64,000 bases of DNA from Eubacteriales bacterium. GTDB taxonomy: Bacteria > Bacillota > Clostridia > Oscillospirales > CAG-272. Numbering within the stretch: the stretch's first letter is position 1; each line of letters begins with the position of its first letter. Under the pieces are notes generated by a model, which saw only the letters and a program-made list of their open reading frames with translations, did not search any database and had not been told where the DNA came from. This document shows positions 1 through 9,844 of the stretch, in pieces. Made by a program: the position numbers and the translations under genes. Location of the stretch: positions 543-64,542 of the forward strand of contig JBGUSX010000141.1 of the NCBI GenBank assembly GCA_045132775.1. The letters run 5' to 3'.

Positions 1-1597
1 CGCCGGTATCCTGTGCTACGATGCTCGTGTTCTGCTTGAGAGCCTTCTTATCAAAGAGATCCGAAACGGTCTGGAGGTAGTTTTGCGCGAGCCTATAGTC
101 TTCGCCAAAGCATCCCTTCATGTAGTTTTCGATGTATTTTTCGGAGTCGGTTTTCTTGTCGAACTGTATCTCACCGATCATGCTTGCGGGGAGGGCGGTG
201 GGGAAGTAAGCGCGCTGAGTCTGGTCGCTCATGACACCGTCAAAGCCTGTCTGATCAAGCTTTTTGAGGTCGGATGCGATACCCTTGGAGAAATTCATAT
301 AACCCGGATCTGTGAAGTGCTCGGTGTAGAGCCAGTACGCGTAGATGAATCTCGCGCCGTCAAACGCGGGCTTCCACTGATCGATGAAGTTGAGGCATGT
401 ACCAAAGCTCTGGTCAACGTTCGGATAGTTGTTTCTCTCCCACTTCGGCAAGGGCAGAGGACTGCGCTCGCCCGAAATGTCATCAAGAGACCAAGCGGTA
501 GTCATAATAAATCTTGAAGGATTGTTGAGCTTTTCAACGATAGGCGCCCAGAGAGTGTCTACGTACATGATGAATATGATCTTTGCGGGGTTTCCTCTTC
601 TTGTAAGCTCGGCATCAAGCTTGTTGAGCATGCGGACGTAGAGATCGGAGGGATGATGCTTTTTGCACTCCTCGCACTCGCAGTGATTATTGATGTTATC
701 GGCGAGCCAGAAATGGAGGAAGTCGATATAGGGCTTTTCCTCGAGGTAATCTGCAAGCCAATTTACGACCTTGTCCTGCACCCATTCCTGCGACATACAG
801 AGCTGGGTGAAGAAGGGCGAGTTTCCGTGAATATCGCGGACTCCGTCGACAAGGGCGAGAGCCTTCTTAACGTCATCGGAGACGGTATATTTCATACCCG
901 AGATCATGTGACGGACTCCAAACGGCTCGTTAAGCGCGCCGTGGCCCATAACGTGAAGCTGGAGACCAAACTTCTTTACGTCCTTTTCAAGCTGCAAGCA
1001 CCAAGCCGCATACTGCTCGTACGGAGGCTCGGGATCCCAGCCCTTTCTTGTAGAAACTATGTGTCTGTACCAGCGGTTCATGTAGTTGTAGGGAATGATC
1101 TGCTCGATCATAAAGAGGTTCATATTTACCTTGGGCATCCACTTTACTGTCTCGTATACGTGCTCGTAGGAGATCGCACCCTCGATGCACTGTCCGCGGA
1201 AACGGAAATCCGCCTTTTTTCTGTACGTAAAGGAGTGGTTTGCCATAGCCTTCTTAGGTACGTAATCACCGTCGGGACCGGGGCGGACAAATGCACAGCC
1301 CGCGCTCTTTAAGAGCTCGTAAACTCCCATCAGCACGCTACGCTCGTTGCTTCCTGCGATTATACCCGAGAGATCATTGATCTCAACGTCGATAACGTCG
1401 TCAAGCATATGATCCCCAACGTCAGAGTCGTCACGGCCGAGGTCGGCGAGGATGCCGAGGGTGATCGCGTTATCTGATATTTCCTGCGACACGACAATTT
1501 CCGTGTCGATCGTGCTATCCATTATTCCGAGAAACCTTGCGAGCTCTTCTGCCGCGTATCTTACTGTTTCGGTGTCCTTGAAAATTCTTATTTGCAT
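1..1597 (-). CDS. DUF4838-like / glycoside-hydrolase-like protein, first 532 codons (gene continues beyond the window start)
   Basis: My reverse-strand translation from the ATG at 1597-1595 stays open to position 2 (MQIRIFKDTETVRYAAEELARFLG...FLHFWLADNINNHCECEECKKHH...). It is missing from the ORF track only because no stop lies in the window. Plus-strand ORFs 83..517 and 653..1312 are its shadows. The family name is from memory. Confidence 0.6.
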   Translation of the reverse strand, partial: MQIRIFKDTETVRYAAEELARFLGIMDSTIDTEIVVSQEISDNAITLGILADLGRDDSDVGDHMLDDVIDVEINDLSGIIAGSNERSVLMGVYELLKSAGCAFVRPGPDGDYVPKKAMANHSFTYRKKADFRFRGQCIEGAISYEHVYETVKWMPKVNMNLFMIEQIIPYNYMNRWYRHIVSTRKGWDPEPPYEQYAAWCLQLEKDVKKFGLQLHVMGHGALNEPFGVRHMISGMKYTVSDDVKKALALVDGVRDIHGNSPFFTQLCMSQEWVQDKVVNWLADYLEEKPYIDFLHFWLADNINNHCECEECKKHHPSDLYVRMLNKLDAELTRRGNPAKIIFIMYVDTLWAPIVEKLNNPSRFIMTTAWSLDDISGERSPLPLPKWERNNYPNVDQSFGTCLNFIDQWKPAFDGARFIYAYWLYTEHFTDPGYMNFSKGIASDLKKLDQTGFDGVMSDQTQRAYFPTALPASMIGEIQFDKKTDSEKYIENYMKGCFGEDYRLAQNYLQTVSDLFDKKALKQNTSIVAQDTG

Positions 1598-1806
1598 TGT
1601 AAAATCCTGCCTTTCGACATTAACTTGATTTATGGTTTAATTATAGCATAAAGTGAAGCTATGTCAAGAGACTATTTTCGCAAAAAAATGGTGAAAAGCT
1701 GTGAAAATGATATTTCTGTTCGAAAAGACAAGTTAACAGATGTTTTGCCTATTAAAATTGACAAAAAAGAATTCAGAATTGACACCCCGACGAAAGACGT
1801 GCATTT

Positions 1807-1835
1807 GTATGAAAAATTGAAAACGTGGCATAATA
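1807..1835 (+). promoter_or_regulatory. Forespore sigma-F/G-type promoter candidate (GTATG-N17-CATAATA)
   Basis: GTATG at 1807-1811, a 17-nt spacer, and CATAATA at 1829-1835. This fits the GHATR-N17/18-CAHWHTA consensus as I recall it, 50 nt upstream of the GerA-family start. Confidence 0.35.
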
Positions 1836-1884
1836 ATCTTACAAAAAACAGATTTTTGGCGCATTTTGCGCTTTTGGAGAATAT

Positions 1885-3348
1885 ATGCAAGAGAAAAACA
1901 GGCTTTCGGGCGATTATCGGGGGAACGTGAAGCTGCTTGATTCGATACTTCGTCCGCAGAAAAATTTTGACATTATTAAAAAGCCCTTGGTGGTCGGCAA
2001 TGGGGAGCTGATGCTCTATTTTATCGACGGATTTGTCAAGGATGCGGTCATGCAGAAGCTGATGATGCATCTTGTCTCGCTTGAAGGACTTGGTGCCGAC
2101 AGCAAGGGCAAGACTGCCGATTGGGAGGAGAGCGCGCCCATGGGGCAGAGGGTGGCGGCTTTCATTCACGCGCATCTGCCTTACGTTGAGACAGAGGCGA
2201 CGAGCGATCTTGACAATATGATACAAATGATGATGTCCGGTGCTACGCTGTGTCTGGGATCCTCGTTTGGCGAATATGGTATAATAATTGACGCAAGGAC
2301 ATATCCCGCGCGCGACACTGCAGAGCCCGAGGGCGACAAGGTCATGCGCGGCGCGCGCGACGGATTTGTCGAGACCCTGATCTTCAACACCGCGCTCATC
2401 CGCCGCCGCATACGCAATCCCGAGCTTACGATGAGTTATATTTCTATTGGAAAAAGCTCAAAGACCGACGTGGTGGTCTGCTATATGGCGGACAGGGCAG
2501 ACATTAAATACGTTGACACGATCAAGGAAAAGCTTAAGGGTATCAAGACCGATTCGCTGACATTGGGGCACGAGTCCCTGGCGGAATGCTTGATAAAGCA
2601 GAGGTGGTACAATCCATTCCCGAAGATAAGATACACCGAGCGTCCCGATTCTGCCGCGGCGCAGCTGCTTGAGGGAAGTGTGCTTATTATTTGCGACAAC
2701 ACTCCGCAGGTCATGGTTCTTCCTACTTCAATTTTTGACTTTATGCAGGAGACCAACGACTTTTATTTTCCGCCGCTGACGGGAACCTATATCCGCATTG
2801 TGAGGCACGTAGTGTTCTTCCTTGCGCTTTATATGGTTCCGCTTTGGTATTTGCTTGTGATGCATCCGCAGTTTATCCCCTCGTGGCTCGAGTTTATCGT
2901 GCCGCGGGAGGTGGGACGGTTGCCGCTGGTTGCGCAATTACTGCTCGTTGAATTTATCATTGACGGGCTCCGCATGGCATCGCTGAATACTCCGAATATG
3001 CTGTCGAACTCCTTATCGGTCGTTGGCGGCTTGATACTCGGAGATTTCGCGGTGAGCATTGGGTGGCTTATTCCCGAGGTCATTCTGTATATGGCTTTCG
3101 TTGCGATCGCGAACTTTACGCAGAGGAGCTACGAGCTTGGATATGCCATTAAGTTTATGAGGATAATTCTGCTTGTGTTTACCGCTATATTCGGGCTTTG
3201 GGGATTTATCGGCGGCACAGTGCTGATACTTGTTTTGCTTTTGACAAACAAGACTGTGAACGGAAAAAGAAGCTATCTTTATCCCTTGATACCGTTTGAT
3301 CTTAAGGCATTTAAGACGTTGTTTATAAGAGTAAAAAAATATGATTAA
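1885..3348 (+). CDS. Spore germination protein, GerA/SpoVAF family (membrane)
   Basis: 487-aa ORF with GGAGA 4 nt before the ATG. It has the family-typical core FPKIRYTERPDSAAAQLLEGSVLIICDNTPQVMVLP and a C-terminal multi-TM region. Confidence 0.85.
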   Translation: MQEKNRLSGDYRGNVKLLDSILRPQKNFDIIKKPLVVGNGELMLYFIDGFVKDAVMQKLMMHLVSLEGLGADSKGKTADWEESAPMGQRVAAFIHAHLPYVETEATSDLDNMIQMMMSGATLCLGSSFGEYGIIIDARTYPARDTAEPEGDKVMRGARDGFVETLIFNTALIRRRIRNPELTMSYISIGKSSKTDVVVCYMADRADIKYVDTIKEKLKGIKTDSLTLGHESLAECLIKQRWYNPFPKIRYTERPDSAAAQLLEGSVLIICDNTPQVMVLPTSIFDFMQETNDFYFPPLTGTYIRIVRHVVFFLALYMVPLWYLLVMHPQFIPSWLEFIVPREVGRLPLVAQLLLVEFIIDGLRMASLNTPNMLSNSLSVVGGLILGDFAVSIGWLIPEVILYMAFVAIANFTQRSYELGYAIKFMRIILLVFTAIFGLWGFIGGTVLILVLLLTNKTVNGKRSYLYPLIPFDLKAFKTLFIRVKKYD

Positions 3349-3355
3349 ACAGAAA

Positions 3356-3381
3356 CAGGGAACCGCTCTCGCGGTTCCCTG
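3356..3381. terminator. Bidirectional intrinsic terminator hairpin
   Basis: CAGGGAACCGC-tctc-GCGGTTCCCTG lies between convergent genes, with a T-run after it. Confidence 0.7.
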
Positions 3382-3399
3382 TACGTTTATTGTATGCTA

Positions 3400-4389
3400 T
3401 TAGATGACAGCGTTTCCTGCCTTGTCCATTTCCTCGAAAATGAACTTTACGGATGCACATGCATCGGGAAGAGTAGCCTTGTCGGGCTTCTTGCCTGCTA
3501 CGAGGCAGCCTGCGAAGTACTCGAGCTCGTTGAAGTATCCGCCGAGGTCGGAGATGTTTCCGCCGCCCGCAACTGCGATCTCTTTCTTGTTGAGCTTAAT
3601 GGGTGTTGCACCCTCGTCTGTGTAAAGAGTGAAGCCTGCGTTGGTGTACTCCATAACAGCCTTCTCAAAGGTTACGCGGAATGCCATCTCGAAGGGGAAG
3701 GATGCGGGAAGATCCCAGGTTCCCTCGCTGGTTACTACGAAATCGTCGTAGTTTGCGATGGTCATAACGTAGCTGTTGGCTTCACCGCCGTGAGCACAGA
3801 CGGTGTTGAATTTGTTAGGTCTGCCGAATGCATGGAGCATAAAGTCGGTATCGTGAACGTGGAGGTCAAGGAAAGCACCGTGCGAACGTGTAACCTCGAG
3901 GTCCCAGTTTTCCCATGTCCATGTGGGTCTGGGGGAGAGACGGCGGAATACCGCATTTACGACCTTACCGTACTTGCCGGTGTCAATAGCGTCCTTGAGG
4001 CAAACGTACTCGTCCCAGAAACGAACGACCTGTCCGACCTGAACGCCTGCGCCTGTCTCCTCTTGAGCCGCGAGAAGCGCATCACACTCTTCGGGGGTGA
4101 AAGCAACCGGCTTTTCGATAAACACGTTCTTTACCTTGTGCATAGCAGCGATAGCATGCTCGGTGTGAAGGAAGGTGGGAAGGCAGATGTCGATAGCATC
4201 AACGTCTGCGTTTGCGATAAGCTCCATACCTGTGCTGTAGATCTCAGCGCCCGAGATCTTTGCAAGCTCCTCTGCTTTTTCGCGGCGGATGTCGGCAACT
4301 GCGGTTACCTGTACACCGTCGATGATGTTGTACGCGTTTGCGTGCATGGATCCCATGAATCCACAACCAATAAGACCAATTTTAATCAT
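3400..4389 (-). CDS. Gfo/Idh/MocA-family NAD(P)-dependent oxidoreductase
   Basis: N-terminal Rossmann motif MIKIGLIGCGFMGSMHA and an EKP motif (FIEKPVA). Confidence 0.85.
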   Translation of the reverse strand: MIKIGLIGCGFMGSMHANAYNIIDGVQVTAVADIRREKAEELAKISGAEIYSTGMELIANADVDAIDICLPTFLHTEHAIAAMHKVKNVFIEKPVAFTPEECDALLAAQEETGAGVQVGQVVRFWDEYVCLKDAIDTGKYGKVVNAVFRRLSPRPTWTWENWDLEVTRSHGAFLDLHVHDTDFMLHAFGRPNKFNTVCAHGGEANSYVMTIANYDDFVVTSEGTWDLPASFPFEMAFRVTFEKAVMEYTNAGFTLYTDEGATPIKLNKKEIAVAGGGNISDLGGYFNELEYFAGCLVAGKKPDKATLPDACASVKFIFEEMDKAGNAVI

Positions 4390-4392
4390 TTT

Positions 4393-5232
4393 TTATTTCC
4401 TCCCTAAAATTTTGTCAATAGAATTTGATGTGTTGTATATGATCTGCTCGGAGTGCTGTGCATAAGCGGGGATCATCTCTCCCGTTACCCATCCGTCGTA
4501 GCCTACCGCTTCAAGTGCGGAAACAACTGCCGCCCAGTTTACGTCACCTGCGAGCAGGTCAACGAATCCGTCAAGTGTTCCGACGTTGGTGCGGAATTCC
4601 TTGAAGTGAACCTTCTTTATTCTCTTTCCGAGGATCTTGATCCACTGCTCGGGATAGCCTGTCAGCATAACGTTTCCAACGTCAAAGTAGGACTGCACCC
4701 AAGGGGAATCAAAGCTATCGATAAAGCTGCGCATCTCGAGGGGAGACAGCAAAAACTTATTCCATACGTTCTCGACTCCGATAACGACGCCGTACTTCTC
4801 CGCATCGGGAATAAGATCCTTAATGCTCTCAACGGCTCTCTCATAAGCCACGTCGTAGTCAACTACACCAAAATCGGGCGCGAAGGATGCAGAAACGCAT
4901 CCGGGAACGATGAGGATGGTGTCCGCACCGAGAACTGATGCGACTTCAAGCTGACGGCGAACGAATTTCTTTGCTCTCTCTCTTTCCTCTGCGTCGGGGG
5001 AAGTGAGAGAATTGCCCCATACGAGATCGTTACAGACAGAGTATATCTCAAGACCGAGATCGTTTGCTGCCTTTTTGATTTTAAGAAGCTCCTCATGAGT
5101 TACGTCAAGACCGAGCTCACCTACGTCCGAGATCGCGACCTCGATGCCCTCAAAGCCTGCGTCTGCGGCGAGCTTGAACTTATCAAGGAGCGTACCACTT
5201 GTAAAGCTCCAGATGTTAATGCCCTTTTTCAT
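4393..5232 (-). CDS. Sugar phosphate isomerase/epimerase (xylose-isomerase-like TIM barrel)
   Basis: 279 aa, 3 nt upstream of the oxidoreductase. Typical AGFEGIEV...NVWN...E motifs of the AP-endonuclease-2/TIM family. Confidence 0.8.
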   Translation of the reverse strand: MKKGINIWSFTSGTLLDKFKLAADAGFEGIEVAISDVGELGLDVTHEELLKIKKAANDLGLEIYSVCNDLVWGNSLTSPDAEERERAKKFVRRQLEVASVLGADTILIVPGCVSASFAPDFGVVDYDVAYERAVESIKDLIPDAEKYGVVIGVENVWNKFLLSPLEMRSFIDSFDSPWVQSYFDVGNVMLTGYPEQWIKILGKRIKKVHFKEFRTNVGTLDGFVDLLAGDVNWAAVVSALEAVGYDGWVTGEMIPAYAQHSEQIIYNTSNSIDKILGRK

Positions 5233-5414
5233 CTTTTTCTCCTTATGTATTTTATTTTTTTATTTTCCGTTATACCAAGATTGACCTTACGGCATAATTT
5301 TTCAGATTGCCGTATTGACAACTCTTCGTTTTTATGATACACTGTATTTGTGCAAATGTCTTTGAAGAATTATCCCATATATTTGCACAATCGTACCAAA
5401 AAGAAGGGTAGAAT

Positions 5415-6311
5415 ATGTCAGATGTTTTTGTCAGACAGGCAAACAAAAAGGAAATATACGTCAGCAAGATAGTGACTGTGCTGTATTTTGAGAATTCCTC
5501 TAACTTTGTTTTCGGAGGAGAATCGCACGATTTCTGGGAGTTCAACTACATAGATAAGGGATGCATGGTGGTTACGATCGAGGGTAAGGAGTATCTGCTA
5601 AAGAGCGGCGAGCTAATATTTTTTCAACCGAATGAATTTCATTCGCTTGAGGCAAGAGAGCTCTCAGCACCCAATCACACGGTCGTCAGCTTCGTTTCAA
5701 ACTCAAAGGCGATGAAATACTTTAAAAACAAGATAATCGCCCTCAACAGCGCGGAAAGAAAGCTGCTCTCCATCCTTTTGCGTGAAGGTCTCAGTGCCTA
5801 TTCGCCGATAGAAAAACAACCGCCGATAACAGGAATGACAGAGAAGGAAAGCGCTCCAATCGGTGCCGTACAGATGACCTTTAATCTGCTTGAGGAATTT
5901 CTCATTACGCTTCTTCGCCGCAGTGAGAGCGGAATATCGATAGGAACGCGACTTCTCTCCCCGATGTACTACGAAAGTCTGCCCGACAGAATTAAAGAGA
6001 TCGCGAAATATATGGAGCAGAATATCCGCACGAGCCTGTCGGTAAGTCAGATCGCAAAGCACTTTCTGCTCAGCGAGAGCGGACTTAAAAAGCTGTTTGC
6101 ACGCGACGTTGGCTGCGGTGTCACCGATTTCTTCAACAACATGAAGATCGAAAAGGCGAAGGAATACATCCGCGAGAACGAGATGAACTTCACGCAGATA
6201 TCCGATGAGCTCGGATTCAGCTCGATACACTATTTTTCACGCCTTTTCAAGAAAAAAACAGGCATGACGCTTACCGAATACCGCTCGTCAGTTATTTATC
6301 AAAGTGAATAA
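5415..6311 (+). CDS. AraC-family transcriptional regulator (cupin N-domain + HTH)
   Basis: C-terminal HTH_18 signature (SVSQIAKHFLLSESGLKKLF...GFSSIHYFSRLFKKKTGMTLTEYR). Divergent from the 5232..3400 operon. Confidence 0.9.
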   Translation: MSDVFVRQANKKEIYVSKIVTVLYFENSSNFVFGGESHDFWEFNYIDKGCMVVTIEGKEYLLKSGELIFFQPNEFHSLEARELSAPNHTVVSFVSNSKAMKYFKNKIIALNSAERKLLSILLREGLSAYSPIEKQPPITGMTEKESAPIGAVQMTFNLLEEFLITLLRRSESGISIGTRLLSPMYYESLPDRIKEIAKYMEQNIRTSLSVSQIAKHFLLSESGLKKLFARDVGCGVTDFFNNMKIEKAKEYIRENEMNFTQISDELGFSSIHYFSRLFKKKTGMTLTEYRSSVIYQSE

Positions 6312-6316
6312 AAACA

Positions 6317-6356
6317 CGGCTTTCTCTCCAATGCTGAAGAGAAAGCCGTCCTTATT
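6317..6356. terminator. Intrinsic terminator hairpin
   Basis: CGGCTTTCTC...GAGAAAGCCG followed by TCCTTATTT, between convergent genes. Confidence 0.6.
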
Positions 6357-6365
6357 TATGTGCGA

Positions 6366-6998
6366 TCAGAATTCAGATTCGTATGTCTGTGGGAACTCTT
6401 CCCAGCAGAGCTCTCTGACCTCGATATCCTTGATCTTGAGCTGTGTGCAATATGCCGAGAAGCCGACTTTGCCGGGGGCTATCGGATTGGGATCCTGAAG
6501 CTCAGTGACCATCTCACCGTCGACCATCATAAAGGAATGACCGTTTATGCAACCGACGTCGATCCTTATGAAATCGCCGGTTTGATATTTGTAGAGGGCG
6601 GTGGAGGTGTATAGAGTGACTCTTCCGTCCTGCTCGTCACGCTCGATACCGCTTCTGTGCTCATACCAACCGTTTACGCCGCAGACGTAGGATTCGCCAA
6701 GGAAATTGGTCTCGTCGTTCCACTTTGCAAAATAGAATGCGTTGAGGTCGCGCGTTGCGGGGGGGATCGCCTGCACGGTAAAGGAGAGCATCATAGCGTT
6801 GCCGTATTCACGTTTACTGATAAGCAATGCTGCGGTGCTTTTGCGTTCTGCCCCTATAAGATAGCCATCCTCACACTTCCACTCTCCCGTTTTTGGCTCC
6901 CAATGCTCAAGCCAATCCTCTCCTGGCTGATATTTGAAAACTACGGGGGACTTATCAAGGAGTACCTTTTTGCCCCAAAGATGTATTTCGCCCGTCAT
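6366..6998 (-). CDS. ConA-like lectin/glucanase-fold protein (DUF1961/DUF1080-like)
   Basis: ORF 6366..7031 trimmed to the internal ATG (MTGEIHLWGKK), which removes the overlap with the upstream gene. Composition is beta-rich, and it is the last gene of the amino-sugar operon. The family assignment is tentative. Confidence 0.55.
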   Translation of the reverse strand: MTGEIHLWGKKVLLDKSPVVFKYQPGEDWLEHWEPKTGEWKCEDGYLIGAERKSTAALLISKREYGNAMMLSFTVQAIPPATRDLNAFYFAKWNDETNFLGESYVCGVNGWYEHRSGIERDEQDGRVTLYTSTALYKYQTGDFIRIDVGCINGHSFMMVDGEMVTELQDPNPIAPGKVGFSAYCTQLKIKDIEVRELCWEEFPQTYESEF

Positions 6999-6999
6999 A

Positions 7000-7935
7000 T
7001 CAGTTACACTCCGCGACAAGGGGACCTGCAAGATCCTTGAGATAGAAGAGCTTACCGGGAAGTGTGGGCATAAAGGTAGAGGTGATGTTCATGTCGGGTC
7101 CGTAGTGGAGAGTTGTGAGGAAGGACATACCCTGCCATTGCATTCCGCGTCCGAGCGTTCCGTCGCATCCGCCGATGATGTAATCAGCCTGGAGGAAGAG
7201 TCCGGGTCCTATGGTGTTAGCGCGGCAAGGAACGAGAGTCGTGCGGCTCTTGAAGCTTGTGAGTGCGTTCTGCTCTATGGTGAGGGGATGGAGCTTTGCG
7301 CCGATGCGGTAGGGTGCTTTCTTCCAATCCTCAACAGAAGCGTAGTCCTCTGCAAACTGGGGCTCCCAGAATGCGATGTGGCACATTCTTCCGATACCGA
7401 ACACCAAAACGAGCTTTGCGCCCTCTGCCTTGAGTGCCGCGATCTTCTCGGGGTAGGTGGGGAGATTTGCTTTTGTTGCGAAGTTTCTCTGATTTTCGGG
7501 GATAGTCTTGTTGATCTTGTTGAAGAACGCCTGCTTCATGCTGTACTCGAAGGATGCGGGGTTATCGTTGGAAAGGGTATTACCCTCTGCGTCTGCCCAC
7601 TCGTCCATATTGAAGGTATATACGTGAGAGCAGTCGATATCCCACTCGTTGAGGAAGTAGGATGCCCACTTGTACATTCCCATAGGTCCTACGGGGAGGA
7701 TGATAGCGAGCTTCTCGCCTCTCTCTGCCGCAAGCTTGATCTGCATTGCGATCTCGTGACCCATAAGGGTATCGAAGTCGTAGATGCTCTCGCACTCTAC
7801 GGGGTTGAAGTTCTCGTTCCAGAAGTCCTCGCGAACGACACCCTTATCACAGCAAGCGTCGATCTTTGCAAGATCCCATCCTGCAGGGTAGAAGCCTTCA
7901 AGGAGGCTGCCTTTAACAGTTGACAAAAAATCCAT
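7000..7935 (-). CDS. Glucosamine-6-phosphate deaminase/isomerase-like protein (NagB superfamily)
   Basis: Motifs TFNMDEW and MCHIAFWEP parallel NagB's FNMDEY and GHIAFNEP. Confidence 0.7.
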   Translation of the reverse strand: MDFLSTVKGSLLEGFYPAGWDLAKIDACCDKGVVREDFWNENFNPVECESIYDFDTLMGHEIAMQIKLAAERGEKLAIILPVGPMGMYKWASYFLNEWDIDCSHVYTFNMDEWADAEGNTLSNDNPASFEYSMKQAFFNKINKTIPENQRNFATKANLPTYPEKIAALKAEGAKLVLVFGIGRMCHIAFWEPQFAEDYASVEDWKKAPYRIGAKLHPLTIEQNALTSFKSRTTLVPCRANTIGPGLFLQADYIIGGCDGTLGRGMQWQGMSFLTTLHYGPDMNITSTFMPTLPGKLFYLKDLAGPLVAECN

Positions 7936-8006
7936 GATTTTCTCCGTTCCGCCGCATATTGCGGCTTTTTTATTTGAAATTTTATTTTCTTTTTGTTTAC
8001 ACTCGA

Positions 8007-8948
8007 TTATGAGTGTGCTTTCATAAATTCAAGCGTCTCGTCAAACGAGCGGATGCCCGTCGTAGCGCCCTTTGCGGTCACGCACATAGCACCCGTGGTG
8101 TTTCCGACCTTAATGCACTCCTCGGGGTCGAGGTCGCGCGCGAATGCCGAGAGAAATCCCGAGCAGAAGCTGTCTCCCGCTCCCGTCGTATCGACGGCGG
8201 TAACACCCTTGAGCGAAGGATAAGTCTTGCCCTCGTTCCAATCTGCGAGGCGCATATAGCTACCGGTTTTACCGGTTTTGATGACTACGTTCTTTACACC
8301 CTTTGACATAAAGGTGTCTGCCATTCCTTCGAGGTCGTAGCATCCCGCGATGTTGACCGCCTCGTCGATGCTTGGCATAAGGTAGTCGATATAGGGCAAT
8401 GCGGGATCAAGTACGCTCGCCCAGCGTCCCTTTGCATCCCAGCAGACGTCGAGGAAGGTAGTCTTGCCCATTTCCTTGCACTTTTTGAGGAACGCGGCGG
8501 TCTCGGCTCCGTCGAAGGTGTCCATAAGGTAGGTTCCCGTGAGGAATACGAGGTCGCACTCGTCGATTATCGAATAATCTACGTCGCTCTCCGAGAAGGT
8601 TCCGTTCGTTCCGACGGTGTGGAGGAAGGATCTCTCTCCGCTCTTGTCGAGCAGGACGATGGAGACAGATGAGCCTGTGTTCTCATCCTTTGCAAGTCCG
8701 CGTGTATCAACGCCGTGTGCATTGAGTCTCTCCTCGAGAAACTGACCGAAGAGGTCGCATCCGACCTTTCCGACCATTCTCGTTTCAACTCCGAGCTTTG
8801 TTAAGTTAATCGCGGCGGTCATTGCGTTTCCGCCGTTATGTATCGTGACTCCGTCGACTCGGGCGAGCTCGCCCTTATTTGGAGTTCCGTTCATTCCCGA
8901 GACCATTACGTCAGCCACGAGAATTCCCACGCAAGCTACTTTTTTCAA
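8007..8948 (-). CDS. PfkB-family carbohydrate kinase
   Basis: C-terminal signature [14 protein letters not shown] plus an N-terminal GG dipeptide region. Confidence 0.85.
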   Translation of the reverse strand: MKKVACVGILVADVMVSGMNGTPNKGELARVDGVTIHNGGNAMTAAINLTKLGVETRMVGKVGCDLFGQFLEERLNAHGVDTRGLAKDENTGSSVSIVLLDKSGERSFLHTVGTNGTFSESDVDYSIIDECDLVFLTGTYLMDTFDGAETAAFLKKCKEMGKTTFLDVCWDAKGRWASVLDPALPYIDYLMPSIDEAVNIAGCYDLEGMADTFMSKGVKNVVIKTGKTGSYMRLADWNEGKTYPSLKGVTAVDTTGAGDSFCSGFLSAFARDLDPEECIKVGNTTGAMCVTAKGATTGIRSFDETLEFMKAHS

Positions 8949-9643
8949 GGCAGCATCCTCCTTGTCGTGACTTTAGGCCACACGAGCTCCTGACGGAATG
9001 CTTCTGCGTATCCGACTCCGCACTGAATTCCGCGGAAGCGCGAGCAGGTGCGGACAAACTCCGCAAAGTCGATATGGTCGTGGTCGCGCATCCATTTGAG
9101 CTGGCTTACGTGGCACTCGAGCATCTCAATTTTGAGCTCGATCTCGTCCGTGATATCGACGTATTCGGTGGGATTGAAGTTGAGTCCCGCGAGGTTATCC
9201 ATATAATAAATGGGGGTCACTGCAGCCTTTCCGCCGCCGTTATACTGCGGCACGCTTGCTACGAAGGATGCGTCGAACACGAGCTTTGAGACCTCTCTGT
9301 GATCGGGCATATAGTCGTCGGGACCGTGGGTGATGATGAAATCGGGCTGTGTGTCGATGATAAGCTTGGCGACCTTATCTCTCTGCTCAACGGAAGCTCC
9401 GTTGGGAAGCAGATCTCCGATATCGAGTGTGACTACCTCGATGCCTGCGAGTGAGCCTGCCTTTTTCGCCTCGTTGGCACGCATTACGCGAAGCTCGTCG
9501 GGCTTTATGATCTCGTGTCCCATATTGCCTTTTGCAACGTGGCAGACGGTGACCTTGTCTCCGCGCTTCACACATTTGGCAAGTGTTCCGCAACATGATA
9601 TTTCGATGTCATCGGGATGACATCCGATAGCGAGTACGTTCAT
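8945..9643 (-). CDS. PIG-L/LmbE-family deacetylase
   Basis: N-terminal VLAIGCHPDDIEISCCGT motif. It overlaps the kinase start by 4 nt. Confidence 0.85.
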   Translation of the reverse strand: MNVLAIGCHPDDIEISCCGTLAKCVKRGDKVTVCHVAKGNMGHEIIKPDELRVMRANEAKKAGSLAGIEVVTLDIGDLLPNGASVEQRDKVAKLIIDTQPDFIITHGPDDYMPDHREVSKLVFDASFVASVPQYNGGGKAAVTPIYYMDNLAGLNFNPTEYVDITDEIELKIEMLECHVSQLKWMRDHDHIDFAEFVRTCSRFRGIQCGVGYAEAFRQELVWPKVTTRRMLP

Positions 9644-9844
9644 TTTTTATCTCCTTGTCAGCTTTTCGTCGATTTTTGAATAAATAAAAGGACTTTTTGA
9701 TAAAAAAGCATGATATCTTTGCAATATTGATTGACAATATAACACCTATATGATACAATATTTTAGTGAAAAAGTATTTACCATCATTTCCATATTATTT
9801 ATCATTTTGTTCGTTTTTTAAATTTGCAGAGAGGGGGGAAGTAT

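Noticed and set aside
1661-1930. 89-aa ORF upstream of and overlapping the GerA-family gene start
   Set aside because: It has no RBS, Lys-rich low-information sequence, spans the putative promoter, and overlaps the downstream start in another frame.
3394-4407. Long ORFs antisense to well-supported genes (3394..4407+, 6934..7923+, 15137..16192+, 15894..16535+, 26819..28348-, 28355..29029-, 44727..45695-, 60072..60827-, 62886..63680-, 653..1312+)
   Set aside because: Each lies fully inside a gene with strong family motifs on the other strand. Their translations are Cys/Arg/Val/Leu-rich, with no recognisable domains or ribosome-binding sites. They are typical shadow ORFs of moderately GC-rich coding DNA.
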